From Sphaerodactylus townsendi (Eukaryota): a DNA stretch of 64,000 nt. Below the pieces are notes generated by a model. The model was given only the letters and a program-made list of their open reading frames with translations. It searched no databases and had not been told where the DNA came from. Both the position numbers and the translations under genes were made by a program. Every line of letters begins with the position of its first letter. Position 1 is the stretch's first letter. Where the stretch lies: positions 22,072,001 to 22,136,000 of the forward strand of contig NC_059432.1 in assembly GCF_021028975.2 (NCBI RefSeq), written 5' to 3'. Of this stretch, positions 61,151 through 64,000 are shown piece after piece.

Positions 61151-63568
61151 CATTGGGCTTAATAAACGTATGCTACCTTTTCTGTGGCATTAAGTCCAGA
61201 GCCCCAGCCACCAGCCCAACAGGGACAATGGTTGCGCAGAAGCCAACTAATGTCAGCTCCTCCCCTGGCCATGCTCTAGGACTGCCCCGGCTACACAGGC
61301 AGCAGGAGCTCAGAGATGCTGGTGGGCATTCAGCACCATGTCTCACTGTTGGGAAGGTCTGCGACAGCTGCCCGTTGGCAGATTCACCCCTCTGCCAGGA
61401 CAAGCACCCAGGGTAGGGCAAACCTGCTGGCATGGCTTCACACTGGTCCCACTGATGGATTCAGACTCTCTTTTGGATGGGGCTGTTTGTGCCCGAAGTG
61501 GCTTTTTAGTTCACGTGGCTGGGGTACTGGTCCTGTGAATAGGGGTATGTGGTAGGGAGTTTAATATAAGTGTTCTTGCCTTTTGGTCATTTACTAGAAA
61601 ACAGCTGAGCACAAGATTAATAACATCATCTTGGATGGTGATGCAGAATACCAAATAGTGCAGAGTGAAGGAAAAATCTAAGTGTCAAGAGCAGCTGAGC
61701 AGTACTGTGTAAGAGGAGACATAAGGCTATCAGGATTGGCAAGAAAGATTGTGTCCCTGTCTATGATCAACTATATTCCCAGATTTCCCTTTATTTCAGA
61801 GTCCAATACAGAACACGGGTCAACTTATCTGCAACAGCTGGTGCCTTCGGCACTCTTTATACATTGGCTAAGATTGTGAAATGGCTGTTCAAAAACATGA
61901 ACATTGGAATGGGTGGGAAGGGACAGTTTGTACTCTCCTCCTTCCAGCAAAATGAAAATGGGATTATTTAGTTTCCCATACTCAGCCCAATGGGCCACAA
62001 GGAATGCAACCCAAAAGCTTCTTATTTTATGTTGGAGACCGAAACAACATCCAGGCTCACTTCTGACACCATGTTGTATCCCCTGAGTTATAGTATTCAG
62101 GCACAGGTTCTCAAATCCATTCAACAGAGACAAGCTGGTCCAAAAGAACAGCTTTTTAGTTAACAGGAGGAGCAACTTTTGGAACCATCAGCTTTAGCTA
62201 GCTGCCAAGAACTGGGAACTGGAACCAAGAGCTCCAACCAACCAGCAGGGCCAAACCAAATCACACATGTAACAGGGGAGGAGCAGACTATTCTCTTGCG
62301 TACATACAAACACAGTAACTATACCACAGTTACCAAAGAGTCTAGAAATGAGAAGTGGCAGCTGTTTGCACCTCAACAGAGTAGACACAGACAGCTTAAA
62401 GATAATGGGAAGAAGGAACAACTCTGCTTTTGTTGAGAGCTAATCCAGATAACAGAAAAGTAATTTCATGGGGGGAGGAAAGGAGAAGAAAAATGTAAAA
62501 ACAGGAAATGAGCTTGCCTTGATCATCTGTGTAAGAACGGAAAAAAGCAGTAGATAGGTAACAATTTGAAGAGGACTATGGGATAGATTACTGAGTTCCA
62601 CATAGAGCTGTCAACTATGTGCAGAATATAAAAAGACTTGAGTCTTAATGGGATGCTACCTACCAGGTGATGTAATTTTAACTTTCCATTTCTGCACATA
62701 AAGCCTTTTGTTGAAGAGTTGTAACATTTTTTGAGGTTGTTGGCATCCCTAGCACCATGGCAACTCATCATATTGCCTGGCTTCATTATGACACTACAGA
62801 GAAGAGCTTGGGGAGGGATGAAGTCTGAGATAGGTGCTGGGTGCTCCCAGTTTTCCGAGGAAAACACCAAAATGGATCTTTTTGAAATATCTGCAGGATG
62901 TTTTATTTCTGCTGTGTATTTCTGCTGTATATTTCTGGATTTTCAAAGGGAAGTGTTAGATGATAAAAACCCCTTTTGTGCATCCTCTTTCTCAGGATTT
63001 TTTTAAAACTTTCATTTAAATTTAACAGACATTCACACTTGGGGAATGGATCTAATTACCATCCATATCTATGTATGCTTGTTTAAAGTTAATTAAGAGA
63101 CCACTCAATAATTAATCAGCAACCAATAATTAAATGCCTACAATAATTAATTTTTAACAACACACCTGGCGGAATGCTTGAAGTCTTAACACTCTTGTGT
63201 TGAGTCTTGTCATCCAGAAGATTCATTTTTCATTCAACCACACAAGTGACTAAGCATCAAAGGAACAGAATCTTGACAAAGCAGAAAGGAAAGAAAGCCT
63301 TTTTGACAGGAGATTGTATTACATTGGGCCGGTGACCTAGAATTGCCTTGGAATTGCCAGCAGGGGCTGGAGGATTTTTTTGGTCCATTTAATAGAGGAT
63401 TAATATGTAGAAATGAACTGCTGGAACTTTTCATGGCATGGAAATAAATGACATCACCTGTTAAAAAAGATCCCATTGAGCCTCTGTTAAGTTGCCCGGA
63501 AGTTTTTTTATTCCTCTCCAGGCAATTGGGAACTTTACTGCAATCTTTTCATTGAAGATCCTGGGAAC

Positions 63569-64000
63569 TAGGGTTGCCACCCTCCACATGGTGACTGGAT
63601 ATCTCCTGGAATTACAACTGATCTCCAGGAGACAGAGGGCGTTTCCCCACTCACCCTGATCCCCCCTATGCCGCGCGCTGCTCTCAGCGTGCGGCATTCC
63701 ACGCGCGTGTCCAGGCGTCCCCACAATCAAAAGGCGTCCTTTGCAAGAGCGCCTGGGATGCTGCGCGCTGAGGGGGCGCGACAGCGGCAGCGTCGGGGCG
63801 GCTGCGCTGTTGCCGCCCCTGTCATGGGGAGTGCCGGGGGACCCCGCGCTATTCTCCTCAAGTAACGCGGGGCTTAAGGTAAGTGGGGAAAGGCCCAGAG
63901 ACTTTCCCTGCATAGCACAAATAAAATATTTTGAGGACTGGGGGGCGGCGGGGGGGGGGGCTCTGCACAGCTTTCCCACCAAAATATCTTCACAACATTT
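63569..64000. mobile_element. TAGGGTTGCCA-family element with CpG-rich interior, probably continuing beyond the window
   Basis: Starts TAGGGTTGCCA...GGAATTACAACTGATCTCCAGG; interior rich in CGCG. Confidence 0.55.

Overview
Eukaryotic vertebrate DNA. The repeat content (5S-derived and tRNA-type SINEs, a SPIN MITE, Penelope, L2, DIRS, copia, TAGGGTTGCCA MITEs) points to a squamate reptile, probably a gecko (inference). I found no intact host protein-coding exon; the window looks intronic or intergenic and is dominated by transposable elements. The long ORFs at 4.0-5.6 kb are minisatellite artefacts. The main object is a 6.7-kb nested composite at 3562-10295: a hAT-type element (TIR TAGGGTTGG/CCAACCCTA, perfect 8-bp TSD ATGGTGGG). 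It contains a 315-bp hairpin, a palindromic ~22-bp minisatellite, a Penelope hammerhead remnant, the 3' half of an FFAR2-like GPCR gene with its poly(A) signal, and a minus-strand Helitron (6354-10214). The Helitron carries a deleted RepHel remnant and its CTAG terminus is mutated exactly where the GPCR fragment begins. That geometry fits Helitron end-bypass (3' transduction) of a host gene into another DNA transposon. The Helitron interior also has an extreme G-over-C strand skew. Elsewhere: a second Helitron of the same family (41222-42182), a decayed copia element with a half-tRNA-iMet primer site fused to a DIRS RNase H fragment, L2 and other LINE remnants, Harbinger/hAT/mariner MITEs, and a Penelope palindrome with two head-to-head hammerhead motifs.
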